NCBI GenBank assembly: GCA_964581425.1
Contig: CAZOOM010000003.1
Location: forward strand, 1-56,646
Reading direction: 5' to 3'
Length of the DNA stretch: 56,646 bases
Source of the DNA: an uncultured bacterium
GTDB lineage: Bacteria; Omnitrophota; Omnitrophia; Omnitrophales; Aquincolibacteriaceae
In this document: positions 29,474-39,525 of the stretch, piece after piece
Layout of the letters: each line of letters opens with the position of its first letter
Position numbering within the stretch: the stretch's first letter is position 1
Program-made: the position numbers and the translations under genes
Notes under the pieces: generated by a model
The model's input: only the letters and a program-made list of their open reading frames with translations
Told to the model about the DNA's origin: nothing
Databases searched by the model: none

Positions 29474-32266
29474 ATGGACGTTCTCCAACTAACCGGTGTT
29501 AAAACTCATAATCTGAAAAATCTGAATCTCTCCTTTCCTCACAATCGTTTGTACGTGATTACCGGAGTTTCAGGATCCGGGAAATCATCACTCGCCTTTG
29601 ATACGCTTTATGCGGAAGGTCAGCGCCGTTATGTCGAGTCCCTTTCTGCTTATGCCCGCCAATTCCTTGAACGGATGGAAAAACCGGATGTGGAACATTC
29701 ATCCGGCGTGCGTCCATCTATTGCCATTGAAGCAAAGAATGTCATCACTAATGCCCGCTCCACGGTAGGCACTCAAACTGAAATCAACGATTACCTTCGC
29801 GTTTTGTTTGCCCGCATAGGGCTTACGATTTGTCCTGATTGCAAGCAGGAAGTGGTATCAAGCAGGCCGGATCGTGTTGCGCAAACTCTTATAGAAAGAT
29901 TCCCGGAAAAGAAGATAGAAATCTATTTCCAAGCATCTTGGTCCTCAAAAAATAAATCTTATCTCAAAGAGATTTTAATGGAGTTTGAGCGTCAGGGTTT
30001 TACGCGATTTTGGGTGGACGGACAAACTTTTGATGCAACCCAGCTCATTCGGACAAAGAAAAAAATCTCTAAACTTCAAGTTTGTGTCGATGCCCTCCAG
30101 ATTCTGGAGAAAAGCAAAAAGCGCCTTTTAGATTCTCTGGAGCTCGCCTTTCGCTACGGAAAGGGTGAAATCCAGATCTTGATCCCGGGATCAGAAACCT
30201 GGCAGCATTTTTCAGAAGCCTTTCGGTGTGCTTCATGTGCGCGATTTTTTAAACGGCCAAGTCCTAATCTCTTCTCCTTTAATAGTCCGCTCGGGGCGTG
30301 CCCTTCATGCCAAGGCTTTGGAAGGGTTATTACGATTGATTGGGATCTTGTTGTGCCTGATGCGCGAAAATCCCTTCAAGAAGGCGCGATTGACCCATGG
30401 TCAAAACCGGGCGCTGCTTGGGAATTCAAGCAATTGCTCGCTTTCTGTAAAAAACGGAAAATTCCAACCACTCTTCCCTGGAGTCAAATGGCGCAGGAGC
30501 ATAAAAAACTTCTTTTTTTTGGAGAAGAGGGGCTTTCTCAGGAGGAGTTTTTTTGCGTCAAAGATTATTTTGAATATTTAGAAAAGAAAACCTACAAAAT
30601 GCATGTCAGGATTTTCTTGGCCAAGTATCGAAACTTTATCCCATGTCCGGAATGTCACGAAACCAGACTAAAACCCGAGGCTCTTTGTGTCCAGATCGAA
30701 GGCCGTACGATTCATGATTTTCAATTGATGAGTTTGCGTGATCTTCTTCATTTTTTTAAGAGTCTCAAAATTTCTCCGGAAACATTTAGCCGTGTGGAGC
30801 CGGTTTACCTTGAGATTCTCAGGCGACTGGAATTTTTAACGGAGGTGGGGCTCGGTTATTTGACCTTAGCGCGCTTATCCCGGACTTTATCCGGAGGAGA
30901 GGTTCAGCGAATCCATTTAGCAACATCTCTAGGTTCCGCACTTGTAGACACACTTTATGTTCTTGATGAACCGAGCATCGGACTCCACGAACGGGATAAT
31001 GCACTCTTGATTCGACTGCTTCGAAAACTGCGCGATTTGGGAAACACGGTTATGGTTGTGGAGCACGACCGCACGATGATGGAATCTGCAGATGAAATTC
31101 TTGATTTAGGTCCTCGCGGCGGGGAACAGGGTGGGCAGTTGATTTATCAAGGCGCTGTCAGTGAGCTTAAGGCGAGCAAAGAATCTCTGACCGGGCGTTA
31201 TTTGTCCGGACTTGAAAAACTGGAAAGACGCAGCATTTCTCGATCTGGAAAGGACCGCTGGATCAGCATTCGGGGAGCAGCAGAAAATAATTTAAAAAAT
31301 ATTGATATCGATATCCCTCTTGGGAAATGGACAGTGCTTACCGGAGTTTCAGGATCTGGCAAAAGCACGCTTCTTTATAATGTTCTTTACCATCATTTTG
31401 AACGTTTTCGCGGAAGGCCGATCCAAGATCTTGGTAAGGTTAAATCCGTCAAAGGACTGGAGCAGATTGATGAAATGGTTTTGATTGATCAATCTCCGAT
31501 TGGTCGAAGCCCTCGCTCGAATCCTGCAACTTACATCAAAGCCTACGATGATGTCCGCACATTTTTTTCGCGTTTACCCGAATCCAAACGCCGAGGATTC
31601 GGCCCCGGCCATTTTTCATTTAACGTGGATGGCGGGCGGTGTGCTACGTGCGAAGGAGACGGCCGAGTCAAAGTGGAGATGCATTTTTTAGCGGATGTTT
31701 TTGTTCCTTGCGAGGCTTGTCAGGGTAAGCGGTTCAAATCTGAAATCTTAGAAGTTCGCTTCCGGGGAAAAAATATTGATGAAGTGCTTAATCTCACCGT
31801 CGATCAGGTGGGTGAGCTATTCGTACAGGAACCGCGCATCCTCAAAAAACTCCAGCTGCTTCAAGAAGTTGGGCTGGGATATTTGAAATTCGGCCAATCA
31901 GCGACGACCTTGTCTGGAGGAGAAGCTCAGCGGCTCAAACTGGCTTCGGAGATCAGCAGTTCTTCTGCAGGCCAATGTTTATATCTTTTTGATGAACCCA
32001 CGACAGGGTTGCATTATCACGATATTCGATACTTAATTGAGGCCTTTGATCGCTTGCTCAATCGAGGTCATTCCATTTTAGTGATTGAGCATCATCTTGA
32101 GCTGATACGCCTTGCGGACCACATTATTGATTTGGGTCCCGAAGGCGGTTCTGAAGGTGGGCGCTTGGTTTATGCGGGACCGCTTGCAGGGATTTTAGAG
32201 GTTCCCGGATCTTATACCGGGCAGTGCCTTAAAAATCATTTCGACACATTTAAGGGTCTTGAATAG
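29474..32266 (+). CDS. uvrA: Excinuclease ABC subunit A
   Basis: It has two ABC modules (GVSGSGKSSLAFDT and GVSGSGKSTL), LSGGE signatures and zinc-finger CxxC pairs. ATG 29474 matches the usual MD..L.I.G...HNLKN start. Confidence 0.92.
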   Translation: MDVLQLTGVKTHNLKNLNLSFPHNRLYVITGVSGSGKSSLAFDTLYAEGQRRYVESLSAYARQFLERMEKPDVEHSSGVRPSIAIEAKNVITNARSTVGTQTEINDYLRVLFARIGLTICPDCKQEVVSSRPDRVAQTLIERFPEKKIEIYFQASWSSKNKSYLKEILMEFERQGFTRFWVDGQTFDATQLIRTKKKISKLQVCVDALQILEKSKKRLLDSLELAFRYGKGEIQILIPGSETWQHFSEAFRCASCARFFKRPSPNLFSFNSPLGACPSCQGFGRVITIDWDLVVPDARKSLQEGAIDPWSKPGAAWEFKQLLAFCKKRKIPTTLPWSQMAQEHKKLLFFGEEGLSQEEFFCVKDYFEYLEKKTYKMHVRIFLAKYRNFIPCPECHETRLKPEALCVQIEGRTIHDFQLMSLRDLLHFFKSLKISPETFSRVEPVYLEILRRLEFLTEVGLGYLTLARLSRTLSGGEVQRIHLATSLGSALVDTLYVLDEPSIGLHERDNALLIRLLRKLRDLGNTVMVVEHDRTMMESADEILDLGPRGGEQGGQLIYQGAVSELKASKESLTGRYLSGLEKLERRSISRSGKDRWISIRGAAENNLKNIDIDIPLGKWTVLTGVSGSGKSTLLYNVLYHHFERFRGRPIQDLGKVKSVKGLEQIDEMVLIDQSPIGRSPRSNPATYIKAYDDVRTFFSRLPESKRRGFGPGHFSFNVDGGRCATCEGDGRVKVEMHFLADVFVPCEACQGKRFKSEILEVRFRGKNIDEVLNLTVDQVGELFVQEPRILKKLQLLQEVGLGYLKFGQSATTLSGGEAQRLKLASEISSSSAGQCLYLFDEPTTGLHYHDIRYLIEAFDRLLNRGHSILVIEHHLELIRLADHIIDLGPEGGSEGGRLVYAGPLAGILEVPGSYTGQCLKNHFDTFKGLE

Positions 32267-32338
32267 TCTATTATTTTGTTTGAATCTTAACGTTTTGCCG
32301 GGTAATCTATAGAAAGACCTAACAAGGAGCCAAACATT

Positions 32339-32857
32339 ATGAAATCAGCGCGTCTTCTATTTATCCTGCTTGTTTTATCAAGTGTTCATTTTGCTGCCAT
32401 TAATAAAAAAGAAGATCCCATTACAGACACTCAAACCAATCCCATTCGCTATGATGACAAAATGAATGAAGTGAAAGAGGGGGACAAGCAGGCACCTAAG
32501 CCTACCTATAAATTGTATCCCAAAGAAGATGTTGAAGCGGATACTAAGGCTCCAGCCGCTCTGGAGGAATCTGCACAAAACGAGGAAAATCTTGCCGAAG
32601 ACTCAGACCTGGCCAACGATGAATATTTAGATAAAGAGCCAGCTTCAGAATCAAAAGCAGATGCTTATTCTGACGAGGATTATCAAGATGAAGATCAAGC
32701 GTATCAGGGCGGGGATGAGGATCTGGCCGAAGACATTAAGGGAGATAAAAATCTTGATGAGGACAATTCGCTAACCGAAGACAAAGAAGCTGATGATTTC
32801 GAGGATTTTGCGCATCAAGACCAGGGGGAAGAGCAGTCTTCAACTGAGAAATACTGA
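32339..32857 (+). CDS. Secreted, extremely acidic low-complexity protein
   Basis: A signal peptide is followed by about 140 aa dominated by D and E, with recurring EDxxL/DED strings. Confidence 0.55.
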   Translation: MKSARLLFILLVLSSVHFAAINKKEDPITDTQTNPIRYDDKMNEVKEGDKQAPKPTYKLYPKEDVEADTKAPAALEESAQNEENLAEDSDLANDEYLDKEPASESKADAYSDEDYQDEDQAYQGGDEDLAEDIKGDKNLDEDNSLTEDKEADDFEDFAHQDQGEEQSSTEKY

Positions 32858-32963
32858 CACAGTGATCTTGCATGTGTCTCATTGATAGCATTTTCTGCCA
32901 AGATGATTCAAGAAGCATCTGTTTAAGCCGAAAGTTTAGAAATCTAGTGACTTTTGCCTTTTA

Positions 32964-32972
32964 TGATATAAT
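32964..32972 (+). promoter_or_regulatory. Extended -10 element (TGaTATAAT) upstream of the FtsH-like gene
   Basis: TGATATAAT lies 25 nt before ATG 32997. I saw no good -35 element. Confidence 0.3.
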
Positions 32973-32996
32973 TCCCGCTTAAATTCTCTTTAGGGA

Positions 32997-34706
32997 ATGC
33001 AACCTAAACCGAAAGGTTTTTTCAAAAGGAGTTTTTCCGTGAAAAAGTTCAGCGCCCGCTGGTGGATCATGTGGTGGGGTGACAACAAGACGACGATTAT
33101 TATGGTTGGCGGCGTTTTGATTCTTGTCGCTCTCTCAATTTGGGGATTGGCTTCTTTAGAAAGTTACTACCGTAATATTACTCTGGCTCAACTTCCTATC
33201 ACGATGCTCATGGCCATTGTGAATGCCCTTATTTTCGTCTACCTCTATATGGTCTGGGGGATGCGCGGATTTATGTCCCAGAAGAAAAAAGGAGTAAAAA
33301 GCTCTGAAGTCAATGTGCGCTTCAGCGACATCATTGGAATTGATGAAGCCAAAGAAGAATGCTGGGAAGTGGTGCAGTTGATCAAAGATCATTCCAAACT
33401 TCAAAAAATCGGCGGGAAAATTTTGCGTGGTATTTTGATGATTGGCCCTCCAGGATGCGGAAAAACCTATCTCGCTAAAGGCATTGCTACAGAGTCGGGA
33501 CTTCCTTTCCTTTCGATGGCTGCTAGTGAATTCAATGAAATTTTTGTGGGTGTGGGTTCTAAACGTATCCGCGAACTTTTTGATAAAGCCAGAGCCTTGG
33601 CTTACGGTCACGGCGGTTGCATTATTTTCATTGATGAAATGGATGCAATTGGTCACAAGCGCGTTTTTAATCAGTTTGGCGGCGCTGAAACTAATACCAC
33701 TCAAAACCAATTACTTGTGGAAATGGATGGACTATCGAGTGCCAGTGAAAACATTATCATCATCGGTGCCACGAACGCAGCTGAAGGCACTCTTGATGAA
33801 GCGCTCCTTCGTCCAGGACGTTTTGACCGTAAGGTTTATATCAGCAAACCTAATCTTGAAGGTCGTGAAGCGCTTTTTCGTTTTTATCTCGGGAAAGTGA
33901 AGCATGAGGCCTCGATAGATTGCAAGCGCCTTGCCCGCAAAGCGGTGGGGAAGAGCCCTGCGGATATTGAAAACGTGGTTAAAGAGTCAGCCTTGATCGC
34001 AACTCGAAACGGTAAAGAGGCCGTGACTCTGAAGGAAATTTCAGAAGCTATTGAGCGTATCGATTTGGGAATGAAACAGAAACTGTCGATGAACGAGCGG
34101 GAAAGAACGATGACCGCTTATCACGAAACCGGACATTTGATTGCCACTTATCTTCTTCATCCTCGTGATGATGTTTTTAAGGCCTCGATCATCCCGCGGC
34201 GCCGCTCATTGGGAGTTGTTCATCCCACCTCTGTGGAAGAATGGCATGGATATGATCGCGAAACCCTGCTTGCAGATATCAAGGTTTGTGTGGCGAGCTA
34301 TGTTGCAGAAAAAATTAAGTTTGGAACAACCACAACCGGAGTCGGGGGCGGACCTGGGAGTGATTTCCATCATGCAACCGGGATTGCTACGGCTATGGTT
34401 TGGCATTATGGAATGGGACCTTCAGGAATGATCGGAGATTTCACAATCCATCCGGAATTGCTTTCGGAAGAAATGAAAACCAAGCTTGGCAGTGATGTTC
34501 AAAAAATCATTCATGACTGCATGGCTGAAGTAGAAGCTTTGCTGCGAAAAGAAAAAGATATTTTTGAGCGCTTTGCCAAGGAACTTCTGGAAAAGCAGGA
34601 ACTTGATTACGATCAAATCGAAGCGATTTTTGCGGAGTACGGAAAGATCAATCCAAGACAATTCTCCGGACTTCCGAAATCACAGGAACCAACGCCTGGG
34701 GTTTAA
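32997..34706 (+). CDS. ftsH: FtsH-family AAA+ zinc metalloprotease paralogue lacking a periplasmic domain
   Basis: It has Walker A GPPGCGKT, Walker B IIFIDEMD, a second region of homology, and HETGH (HExxH). The two N-terminal TM helices are separated by only about 15 aa. Confidence 0.85.
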   Translation: MQPKPKGFFKRSFSVKKFSARWWIMWWGDNKTTIIMVGGVLILVALSIWGLASLESYYRNITLAQLPITMLMAIVNALIFVYLYMVWGMRGFMSQKKKGVKSSEVNVRFSDIIGIDEAKEECWEVVQLIKDHSKLQKIGGKILRGILMIGPPGCGKTYLAKGIATESGLPFLSMAASEFNEIFVGVGSKRIRELFDKARALAYGHGGCIIFIDEMDAIGHKRVFNQFGGAETNTTQNQLLVEMDGLSSASENIIIIGATNAAEGTLDEALLRPGRFDRKVYISKPNLEGREALFRFYLGKVKHEASIDCKRLARKAVGKSPADIENVVKESALIATRNGKEAVTLKEISEAIERIDLGMKQKLSMNERERTMTAYHETGHLIATYLLHPRDDVFKASIIPRRRSLGVVHPTSVEEWHGYDRETLLADIKVCVASYVAEKIKFGTTTTGVGGGPGSDFHHATGIATAMVWHYGMGPSGMIGDFTIHPELLSEEMKTKLGSDVQKIIHDCMAEVEALLRKEKDIFERFAKELLEKQELDYDQIEAIFAEYGKINPRQFSGLPKSQEPTPGV

Positions 34707-34709
34707 TCC

Positions 34710-36077
34710 TTGGCGATACGATCAACCGTGACCATCCGACATTTTTACGGGGCCAGCATTTTAGCGCTGGCCCTTTGTCTTTTTGGATGCTCCTCTCAGA
34801 CCTATAAAGGCGATAAACTCAAAGAAGCCATTGTCCAGATTTGCGCCAAAGAAAATGGCATTCAAAATGTGGATGTAAAGGTCGTGGGTACCACGATTGG
34901 TGTTTATCTTCCGCTTCAAAAACTTTTTTCTGCAGATTTTAAAAACGCCCTCCTCGCCGGCAAGGTCAAAGATGTTCAAGCTCTTTTAGAGCCTTCAGCT
35001 GAAGCCATTGAAAAAGTGGAAGACGTTCTCTTCGCTATTTCTCGCGTCCTTCTTAGTACGGAGCGGAAAATTGATTTTTACGAGCTTCAGGCTGTAGATG
35101 TGGAGAAAACAGGGATGTCTCTCATGCTTTTAGGGAATGTCGATGATATCCGCCGTGTTCGAGTTTGGGATATTTCCCGGGATGAATATCGCCGTCGAAT
35201 TATCCACGAACTTAAAGCCAACCGCACTGCGCGGTGGCATCAACCTGTGCGCCAGTTTTTTGATGATCTTAACCGCCTGAGTATCAACGACGTTCGTAAG
35301 GCTTATTTTGGTGAAAACCTTCCGGTAGATGCGCTCAAAGGTCTTTTCTTTTTTCAGGTTCAAGATGGCGCCAATTCTCCTCATCCGCAGTGGGATGTTT
35401 TAGATCTTCGCAGTATTCCAGCGCAGAAAAATCAAGTGCTTGTTTATGCACGCGTGAAATCTCATGGTGGCAATATCAAGGCAAATTATCCAAGCGAACT
35501 TCAGTATCTTTTTCTCCTGGGAGTTAGCGAGGAAAAAGTGGTGATTCTTAGAATTATCCCATTCCAGTATTTAGACGCGAACGGTGCACCGCAAAAAGTG
35601 CCTTTTCCGAAAGAACTTGGAATCCAGGACAATCTGGATAAATGGGATGAGGAGTTCATGGTAAAGGCCGTGGATATGGGGGAGTTTATTGCCGAGCAAA
35701 CGTCGCGTCGGATTCAAGCGATTTTAGCCCAGGATGAGAGAATGCAAAATACATTTCGCGAGGTAAAAGTTGATCTCGCTTATGACAAGGATAAAAAGCC
35801 TGCGATTTATCGTCTAAACATTGCCGCAACGCTCTCGGATTTCAATAATTATCCTTCGCAGTCCATCTTGTTTCATGAAGATATGCTTTATTTTTTAAAC
35901 TTAGTGATCAAAGAATTTAATACGGTAACTCATGCTTATCATTTTGATGCTTTTAGCGGGCTTGAACTTAAGCTTGCGCAAGAGCCAAAGATTTGGTCTC
36001 TGGATAAAAGTGAACTCGAGAGTTTTCGAAAGGGCAAGGTCAAAATCAGGGATCTTTTTGAGTCTTCCAAGACTTAA
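34710..36077 (+). CDS. Lipoprotein of unknown function
   Basis: The lipobox is LCLFGC. The TTG start sits 3 nt after the ftsH stop. GTG 34728 is an alternative start. Confidence 0.6.
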   Translation: MAIRSTVTIRHFYGASILALALCLFGCSSQTYKGDKLKEAIVQICAKENGIQNVDVKVVGTTIGVYLPLQKLFSADFKNALLAGKVKDVQALLEPSAEAIEKVEDVLFAISRVLLSTERKIDFYELQAVDVEKTGMSLMLLGNVDDIRRVRVWDISRDEYRRRIIHELKANRTARWHQPVRQFFDDLNRLSINDVRKAYFGENLPVDALKGLFFFQVQDGANSPHPQWDVLDLRSIPAQKNQVLVYARVKSHGGNIKANYPSELQYLFLLGVSEEKVVILRIIPFQYLDANGAPQKVPFPKELGIQDNLDKWDEEFMVKAVDMGEFIAEQTSRRIQAILAQDERMQNTFREVKVDLAYDKDKKPAIYRLNIAATLSDFNNYPSQSILFHEDMLYFLNLVIKEFNTVTHAYHFDAFSGLELKLAQEPKIWSLDKSELESFRKGKVKIRDLFESSKT

Positions 36078-36174
36078 AGTCTGTAGATCTCGTGAAATGT
36101 ATTTGTTTCGGTTTTTCCATGATCCCGGCCTCCTATCTTGAGATTTCACCTCATTTTTGATACTCTATCCGCCC

Positions 36175-36957
36175 ATGAAACTATTAACACCCAGACAAGA
36201 ATCCATTTTGAATCGTATTGTGGATACCCACATTGAAACAGGCCAGCCTGTGGGATCCAAACACATTACTGAACTTTATACTGAGCTTTATCGGAAATCC
36301 TATTCTCCTGCAACGGTTCGTAATGAGATGCTGCATCTTGAGACTAAGGGATATTTAACCCACCCACACACATCAGCGGGAAGGGTGCCGACTGACCAGG
36401 GTTACCGTTACTATGTGGATCATGGGCTTAAAGCGGATCCTGTAGATCCTGAGCTTTCGGATCAGCTTCGTGAGGATTTAGAAAAACACTTGGAACAGCT
36501 TCAAAATATTGTAAACCGCACCTCTCTCATGCTTGCTCAAATATCCGGGATGGCCTGTCTTTTGATGGTCTCCAACTCAGAGGCTTTGGAAGAAACTGAG
36601 CAATCATTTTATTCTTTTCGCGGCATGGGGCATTTTCTCGAACAAGAGGATTTTAAAAACCGAAAAAAGCTCGGTCTTCTTCTGCAATTCTTTGAAGATA
36701 GGGAACAGCTTTTAGATTGGCTTCTTTCAAAAAGAAACCCGGGCAGGCTTTCCATTCAAATCGGAAGAGAAAACGAGTCTGAAGTTTTTCAAGATTGCTC
36801 GGTCGTTTCTACCCCCATTTTTCGTGATCGGCAAACGGCTGGTATCCTGGCTCTTGTGGGACCGCGGCGTATGAAATACTCAAGGTCCATTGCTCTTGTC
36901 TCGGGAGTTGCTCAGACCTTAAGCTGGATTTTGCAACATCAAACTAAAGAAGGGTGA
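36175..36957 (+). CDS. hrcA: Heat-inducible transcription repressor HrcA (short form)
   Basis: LTPRQESILNRIVDTHIETGQPVGSK marks a wHTH domain. TSAGRVPTDQGYRYYVD and the C-terminal LVGPRRMKYS are also present. Confidence 0.85.
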   Translation: MKLLTPRQESILNRIVDTHIETGQPVGSKHITELYTELYRKSYSPATVRNEMLHLETKGYLTHPHTSAGRVPTDQGYRYYVDHGLKADPVDPELSDQLREDLEKHLEQLQNIVNRTSLMLAQISGMACLLMVSNSEALEETEQSFYSFRGMGHFLEQEDFKNRKKLGLLLQFFEDREQLLDWLLSKRNPGRLSIQIGRENESEVFQDCSVVSTPIFRDRQTAGILALVGPRRMKYSRSIALVSGVAQTLSWILQHQTKEG

Positions 36958-36961
36958 AACT

Positions 36962-37528
36962 GTGAGTTCCAAGGATTCTGAAAAAGAAGAGAAATCGACT
37001 CAAGGTAAAGAAGCTTCCTCGCCTGAAGCCCATATTTCTGCCGAAGAGCTTGAGGCTTTGAAGGCTCGCGTTACTGAACTTGAAGCCATGCGGGAAAAAA
37101 TGGTCCGTTCTGCAGCTGATTTTGAAAATGCAAAAAAGCGTTTGATTCGTGAGAAAGAAGAGTTTGCAAAATATGCTCAGGAAAATCTCCTGCGGGATCT
37201 GCTTCCTATTCTTGATAATCTTGAGCGGGCGCTTGCACACAGCAAAGAAGATGAATCTACGTTAAAGCAAGTGGTTCGCGGTGTTGAGATGGTGGCCAAG
37301 CAGTTTTTAGATACCATGAAAAAAGAAGGGCTCGAGCGTTTTAAATCACAGGGAGAAATGTTTGATCCTCACCGTCATGAAATTTTGACGACAGAGGCGG
37401 GTGAGGGGAAAGATCACGAAATTCTTCAGGAGATCGAACCTGGATACTTGCTTCACGGCCGTGTGCTCCGCGCTGCTAAAGTGAAAGTTCGCGTTTTGCC
37501 TAACGAAACTTCTTCAGATCAACCTTAA
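36962..37528 (+). CDS. grpE: Nucleotide exchange factor GrpE
   Basis: It has a coiled-coil N-terminus, ADFENAKKR, and a FDPHRHE..-containing beta domain. The start is GTG. Confidence 0.9.
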   Translation: MSSKDSEKEEKSTQGKEASSPEAHISAEELEALKARVTELEAMREKMVRSAADFENAKKRLIREKEEFAKYAQENLLRDLLPILDNLERALAHSKEDESTLKQVVRGVEMVAKQFLDTMKKEGLERFKSQGEMFDPHRHEILTTEAGEGKDHEILQEIEPGYLLHGRVLRAAKVKVRVLPNETSSDQP

Positions 37529-37545
37529 AGCATTCCAATTCCAAT

Positions 37546-38664
37546 ATGGCTACCAAACGCGACTATTACGAAATTCTTGGACTTTCCAAAACAGCAAGTG
37601 CGGAGGAAATCAAAAAATCCTACCGCAAACTTGCAATGCAGAATCATCCCGATCGTAATCCGGGAAACAAAGCTGCTGAAGCTGCATTTAAAGAAGCCTC
37701 TGAAGCCTATGCCGTTCTCAGCGATTCAGAAAAGCGTGCTCAGTATGATCAATTTGGTCACAACATGGGCGGCCGCGGATTTCAAGGTTTTGAAGGATTT
37801 GAAGATGCGTTTCGAGGATTCGGAGATATTTTCGGGGATATCTTTGAAGATTTTTTTGGCGGGAGCGGTGGAGCCCGAGGTTCTCGAGGCCGTCGAGGGT
37901 CTGATCTTGAAACTGGAGTCGAGATTACTCTGGAAGATGTTTTAAAAGGAAAAGAAATTAGTCTTGATATTCCTAGACACGAGGCTTGCGGGGAGTGCCA
38001 GGGTTCAGGTGCAGCTCCGGGATCAAGTAAAAGAACTTGTGCGACCTGTGCAGGCCGCGGAGAAGTCCGGCTCTCTCAGGGATTTTTTACCATCCGCCAA
38101 GCTTGCTCAGCCTGTCATGGCGAGGGTGAGGTTTTAGAAAAACCTTGTGTGCGTTGTCATGGTCAGGGATTGGTAAAAAAGACGCGAAAATTGAATGTGA
38201 ATGTCCCGGCGGGAATTGAATCTCAAACGCGCATCAAAATGTCCGGAGAAGGAGAGGCTGGACTACGCGGCGGAGGACGCGGGGATCTTTACATTCTGAT
38301 CCGCGTCAAGCAGCATTCTCTTTTTGAGAGAAAAGATTCAGATTTGTACGGCGAAATTGCTGCGCCTTTTACCATTTTAGCCCTTGGCGGATCCATCACA
38401 GCGCCTACCTTGGATGGAGAAGAATCTCTTGAAATTCCCGCAGGCTCTCAATCCGGAAAAATATTTAAGATCAAAGAAAAAGGGTTGCCTGAACTCAGAA
38501 ACCCTGATGTGCGCGGAGATATTTATTACCGGGTGGAAGTGGCTGTCCCGACCAAACTTAATGACGATGAGAAAAAACTTCTCAAGGAGTTTGCTAAGCT
38601 CCGCGGCGATAAAGTTCAGCCGAAAAAGAAAGGGTTGTTTGACCGCATCAAAGAAAATTTATAA
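37546..38664 (+). CDS. dnaJ: Chaperone DnaJ
   Basis: It has a J domain (DYYEILG..HPDRN), a G/F region and four CxxCxGxG zinc motifs. Confidence 0.92.
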   Translation: MATKRDYYEILGLSKTASAEEIKKSYRKLAMQNHPDRNPGNKAAEAAFKEASEAYAVLSDSEKRAQYDQFGHNMGGRGFQGFEGFEDAFRGFGDIFGDIFEDFFGGSGGARGSRGRRGSDLETGVEITLEDVLKGKEISLDIPRHEACGECQGSGAAPGSSKRTCATCAGRGEVRLSQGFFTIRQACSACHGEGEVLEKPCVRCHGQGLVKKTRKLNVNVPAGIESQTRIKMSGEGEAGLRGGGRGDLYILIRVKQHSLFERKDSDLYGEIAAPFTILALGGSITAPTLDGEESLEIPAGSQSGKIFKIKEKGLPELRNPDVRGDIYYRVEVAVPTKLNDDEKKLLKEFAKLRGDKVQPKKKGLFDRIKENL

Positions 38665-38701
38665 TCTGAGACAGCGCTGGCTCGGGGGCTGGCTGCCTTG
38701 G

Positions 38702-39058
38702 ATGGTGGTCACAGGATTGATCCTTCGCGGGTCATGGATGCCTCCCGACGAAATCCCCAAAATTCTTTTTCGTTTTTCAGATAAAGTGATTCACGGCTCC
38801 GAATTTTTGATTCTTTTTCTGGTGACCTTGAATGCCTTTTCGCGCACTTTCCAAAACGTGATATCGCGGCATCTTTTTTGGGGCGCTGTATTTTATTCTT
38901 TTGCTATTTCCACTTTCACTGAATGGGGCCAGCAATTTGTTTCTGGAAGAGCGTGCGATGTTTGGGATTGGGTGGCAAATGCCTGCGGGATTCTAATCGG
39001 CGGAATCCTCATGCAAATGATTCCTTTGATATTTCAATCACGAATCGAGGCTTCATGA
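38702..39058 (+). CDS. VanZ-family membrane protein
   Basis: Motifs DKVIHGSEF, TEWGQQFVSGR and DVWDWVAN resemble VanZ. The start is uncertain and a non-ATG start could lie just after the dnaJ stop. Confidence 0.65.
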   Translation: MVVTGLILRGSWMPPDEIPKILFRFSDKVIHGSEFLILFLVTLNAFSRTFQNVISRHLFWGAVFYSFAISTFTEWGQQFVSGRACDVWDWVANACGILIGGILMQMIPLIFQSRIEAS

Positions 39059-39474
39059 AATACTTTGATCACGAATATCGTGTTCGTTACGCGGATACGG
39101 ATAAGATGGGGATTACCTACTACGCAAATTATCTGGTTTGGTTTGAAGCCGCTCGTACCGAGTATTTCAGGGCCCTTGGGCTGCCTTACACAGAATGTGA
39201 AAAAGAAGGGCATTTTTTACCTGTGATTGAGTCGAGGGTCAAGTATCTCGCTCCTTCCACTTACGATGACTTCGTGGTTGTGCGGACGAGTGTGGCCAAG
39301 ATGGGGCACTCGTCCTTGCATTTTGAATATCAGGTGTTTTTAAAATCATCTCAGAAGCTTTTAACGACCGGAATGACGGCTCACGTTTTTGTGGACCAAA
39401 AAATGAAGCCTGAACGCATCCCTGAAAAAGTAAAAAATCTTGTAGAAGTTCACAAACTTCTTTCAGAGGGTTGA
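39055..39474 (+). CDS. YbgC/4HBT-family acyl-CoA thioesterase
   Basis: YRVRYADTDKMGITYYANYLVWFE is a hotdog-fold signature. The start overlaps the vanZ stop as ATGA. Confidence 0.8.
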   Translation: MKYFDHEYRVRYADTDKMGITYYANYLVWFEAARTEYFRALGLPYTECEKEGHFLPVIESRVKYLAPSTYDDFVVVRTSVAKMGHSSLHFEYQVFLKSSQKLLTTGMTAHVFVDQKMKPERIPEKVKNLVEVHKLLSEG

Positions 39475-39525
39475 TAAAAAGATCCCTCAACTTACCTCGG
39501 CTCTTCGTCAGGCTAAGGGTAGTGT

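Noticed and set aside
33156-33710. A 184-aa minus-strand ORF opposite the FtsH-like AAA+ module.
   Set aside because: It is antisense to the Walker A/B-encoding region of a well-supported gene and has no independent support.
36092-36149. The inverted repeat GTGAAAT...ATTTCAC upstream of hrcA, considered as a CIRCE operator.
   Set aside because: The arms are 44 nt apart and bear no resemblance to TTAGCACTC-N9-GAGTGCTAA. It is not called as an operator.
38384-38701. 5' extensions of the VanZ ORF (from 38384) and the thioesterase ORF (from 38923) that overlap dnaJ and vanZ.
   Set aside because: The extensions run through the coding sequence of the upstream genes in other frames. Internal ATGs at 38702 and 39055 fit the family N-termini and give an ATGA overlap.
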